NCBI GenBank assembly: GCA_030141605.1
Contig: JAQGDQ010000007.1
Coordinates: 355,414-419,413, forward strand
DNA length: 64,000 nucleotides
Reading direction: 5' to 3'
From: Tubiluchus corallicola
Lineage: Eukaryota > Animalia > Priapulida
The position numbers and the translations under genes are program-made. Positions 58,901-64,000 of the stretch are shown here, one piece after another (position 1 is the first letter of the stretch; each line of letters begins with the position of its first letter). The notes beneath the pieces were generated by a model that saw only the letters and a program-made list of their open reading frames with translations, did no database searches and was not told where the DNA came from.

Positions 58901-60476
58901 AAGGGACACTGTGAAAAATAAAAGTTTTTGAGAGTTAATGGGCACTTTGTCTTGTTTTTAACTTTTCCTTTATTTTGTTTTGCAAGTGCAAAAGTGTCTA
59001 AATCAGTAATGCCTTTTCTTTTAATTACTTTGCTATAGAATGTTTGGTTGGTTAATGTGTTTAACTATTTCAGACCCAGAGCAATATCACGGATGTTTTC
59101 ATTATTACCAGCCGGATACATACTTTCCAGTTACTGTGTCACTTTCACAAGGATCTAGTAATTTAGACACAGACTGTTCAACAGTGTGTAGAAATAGGGG
59201 ATATTTTTTTGCCAGTCTCTATTATACGCTGACTGGCACATACACATGTAAATGTGGCAATGGATTTTCATTTGAGAAACCTTCTATAAGCTGTGAACAG
59301 TGTACAATGACAATACTTGGAACTTGTCCTGGCTCGTATTCAGTTCTTGTTTCCTCTACTGAAAGTAAGTTTCATTGTATTAATTGCTTACATACTGTGA
59401 TGAGAAGCAATGCCGTGTGTCTTTACAATGTTTGCTTAACTGAAGTTAAGCACTACACTTCTTGGTTGGAAAGTGGGTGGCCACTAACTGGGAGAACTTC
59501 TTCTGGGCAGTTCTTGTGTGTGATACTGCTTTAGCAACTTTTTCGTGAGCTAGAAATTTAAGCATTGCTGATGCCTTTACTGGGTCTGTGTCACATCTGA
59601 AAGGATTATCCTTAGCAATAAGTTCATTTTTGGTCATACCAGAACTGTTTAATATTTTTCATAAACCCTATATTAGATCCACTGTGCATTATATATCAAA
59701 CTGCATAAGTATTTTAAGCAACTTTCATTTTTTTAAACAGCTAATCGTTGCTGCCTGAACAGGCATGCATGGCTTAGTTCTCTTTAATTTTGCAATATTC
59801 CATATCATTGTAATCCATAATGTATAACAGCAAACAATTCACTTCATAATTTAATAAACTGCCTAATCATAACAACAGAGGCAGTTTGTTGTGATAAACT
59901 TCCAGTTTACTCTGTGTTGAGTATGTGGTGTTCAATTGAACGTTACCTTTGAATGAAAGTGTTTATAAACAACTCAGTAGTTCTATGCATGGACCTCAAC
60001 TCTCTAATTGTAATTTTTTAACACAGTACTGGCAGCACTAATTGTTTTTTCTACAGTTAGTCTACAAATGCACATCATGAAAAAGTTTTGTTAAAGAAAA
60101 AGCCTGGTGCCTAAATGTGTTAGGATTGGCAGACAAATGGGCTGCAGCTTTTTATTTTTTATTTCAGATTTTGTATTTGAATCAGACAGTTTGGGTTGCT
60201 GGAAGGATGTCAGTGGACAACCTGACATGCCATATGCAGCTACAATCTCGAGCTTGACATCAGATGTGTGCAGGTCATATTGTTTGGAACTAGGCTATGC
60301 ATATGCAGGTTTGGAAGGTGGAACAGAGTGCTATTGTGGTAATACATATGGTCGACACCTGGCTGCCGAAAACCCATGTAACAGGAAATGTGGTACAGTT
60401 GGGCAGTGCAACAGTTATGACCCATCTTGCTCAACTTGTGGAGGAACTAATGCCTTAGAAGTATATCCCACAAATG
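42323..60476 (+). CDS. Secreted or cell-surface protein with at least 8 tandem WSC domains, 3'-partial (about 847 aa in window)
   Basis: Putative signal exon 42323-42386, then phase-1/phase-1 exons 46265-46576, 46878-47195, 52816-53112, 55233-55571, 56116-56241, 56822-57001, 58019-58324, 59074-59364 and 60168-60476. All domain exons are multiples of 3 and show the WSC pattern YxGC[FWY]...C...C...YAGL..G..CxCG...C...C...CGG. Confidence 0.88.
43515..44470. repeat. GC-richer unclassified interspersed element with a 27-bp tandem duplication and a degenerate GGGTTN hexamer tract
   Basis: Composition shift; TGTAGGATGTTCGCATATTATTGATTA twice at about 44175-44228; GGGTT-like hexamers at 44285-44420. 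No termini identified. Confidence 0.4.
45314..45412. repeat. (GA)n microsatellite
   Basis: Direct observation. Confidence 0.95.
45517..45712. repeat. ~28-bp tandem repeat of a hairpin unit TTATTC-N8-GAATAA
   Basis: GTTATTCGTCAACTGTGAATAAGATTCA-like units, about 6 degenerate copies. Confidence 0.75.
46265..46576 (+). CDS. WSC domain 1 exon
   Basis: FDYVGCF...[13 protein letters not shown]...[11 protein letters not shown]...FCGS. Confidence 0.9.
46878..47195 (+). CDS. WSC domain 2 exon
   Basis: YEYLGCWSL...ECVYKCRQQ...CHCDIAFG...LCGN. Confidence 0.88.
48344..50720 (-). mobile_element. hAT (Buster/Charlie, ZBED8/SCAND3-like) DNA transposon, 2377 bp, defective transposase
   Basis: Perfect TSD CTTTATAG (48336-48343 and 50721-50728, NNNTANNN type); TIRs CAGTTATTTTCAACC / GGTTGAAAAACACTG; BED finger, [16 protein letters not shown] and YLCELSFS motifs. 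Confidence 0.95.
48500..49984 (-). pseudogene. Buster-type transposase pseudogene
   Basis: A 26-bp tandem duplication (49722-49773) frameshifts the BED finger; a junction at about 49063 (VKERNPD / MNGFRLK) removes the CxxH/insertion-domain region. Confidence 0.9.
52816..53112 (+). CDS. WSC domain 3 exon
   Basis: [12 protein letters not shown]...[12 protein letters not shown]...CLCSNGF. Confidence 0.88.
54067..54255. repeat. 11 x 17-18-bp tandem repeat of hairpin unit CTGCT-GAATA-AGCAG-CC
   Basis: Units at 54067, 54085, 54102, 54119, 54136, 54153, 54171, 54189, 54206, 54224 and 54241. Confidence 0.95.
55233..55571 (+). CDS. WSC domain 4 exon
   Basis: GCWEN...DMPY...[36 protein letters not shown]...TCGG. 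Confidence 0.92.
55879..56019. repeat. (GA)n/(GGGA)n purine tract
   Basis: Direct observation. Confidence 0.95.
56116..56241 (+). CDS. WSC domain 5, N-terminal half exon
   Basis: cttag|AC...ATAG|gtactg; SCY...[13 protein letters not shown]. Confidence 0.8.
56822..57001 (+). CDS. WSC domain 5, C-terminal half exon
   Basis: tgtag|GG...ATTG|gtaagc; [17 protein letters not shown]...FCDAACGE...[13 protein letters not shown]. Confidence 0.8.
58019..58324 (+). CDS. WSC domain 6 exon
   Basis: DYRGCWLF...ECLYLCKWQ...FCHCDTYG...VCGS. Confidence 0.88.
58877..58953. other. 77-nt hairpin (26-bp stem, 1 mismatch, 25-nt loop)
   Basis: AAGACAAAGTGCCCATTAAATCTCAA ... TTGAGAGTTAATGGGCACTTTGTCTT. Confidence 0.85.
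59074..59364 (+). CDS. WSC domain 7 exon
   Basis: [12 protein letters not shown]...[13 protein letters not shown]...CKCGNGF. Confidence 0.88.
60168..60476 (+). CDS. WSC domain 8 exon
   Basis: LGCWKD...DMPY...[30 protein letters not shown]...TCGG. Confidence 0.92.
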
Positions 60477-61005
60477 GTAAGATTCTTGTATTTAAACATT
60501 GGGAACATGTACTTGAAAGGACATTAATTAGGCACAGTCACTTTCGTTACCCTATAGAAATGCAATTTTTAAGTTGATCTCTTATGCTTTATTCCAACTT
60601 GATCTGAATTATGCCATTTGAAAAATATCCAACTTTCCCCAAGTGTGTAAACAAAATTACTGATTCAATAAAAAACAAATTTAGATTAAATTTAAATTTA
60701 AATTAAAACAAAATTAAAAACTCATTGAACAAAATCCGCTAGACTTGTCTGATGCCACAGTGAGTTGCATGCTTGTCATGATATTTTCAAATATGTGGTC
60801 TTAACATTTTAGATCTTATGGGTACTTTTGGATACTTTCTTTTAAAAATAAATTTCATTTGTGTAAAAAAAAGACAAACAATTCTTTGAAATTTGCAACA
60901 TTAACAGTCGATATTCGTAACAGTTGTGTATGTTGAATCTTAGAAGTTTAAAAATGCTAGAGCCGGGTTTTCTGACTCAGCCTATGTATTATTTTAATGA
61001 TTATG

Positions 61006-64000
<2,995 letters not shown>

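Overview
AT-rich, intron-rich animal genomic DNA; a marine invertebrate deuterostome such as a tunicate is a guess the sequence alone cannot establish. Four protein-coding genes can be assembled by hand. (1) OLA1 on +, 8 exons at 693-9837, 5' end outside the window; its introns host two copies of a C/D box snoRNA of the snR60/SNORD80 type. (2) NCAPD2 (condensin I CAP-D2) on -, with a completely intronless 4335-nt CDS. (3) An 8-exon PLP-dependent class I/II aminotransferase on + at 24603-38297 (418 aa). (4) A probably secreted protein on + with at least 8 tandem WSC domains encoded by symmetric phase-1 exons in an apparent 4-domain higher-order repeat; its 3' end is outside the window. Introns and intergenic DNA contain degenerate LINEs, a Buster-type hAT element nested in a LINE, MITEs with hAT-, pogo-, Kolobok- and Ginger-like ends, a 292-bp near-perfect palindrome, a 42-bp minisatellite with two higher-order regimes, a hairpin-unit array behind a TATA box, and long (GA)n tracts. 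All exon boundaries were read manually from GT/AG sites and reading-frame continuity; no database searches were run.
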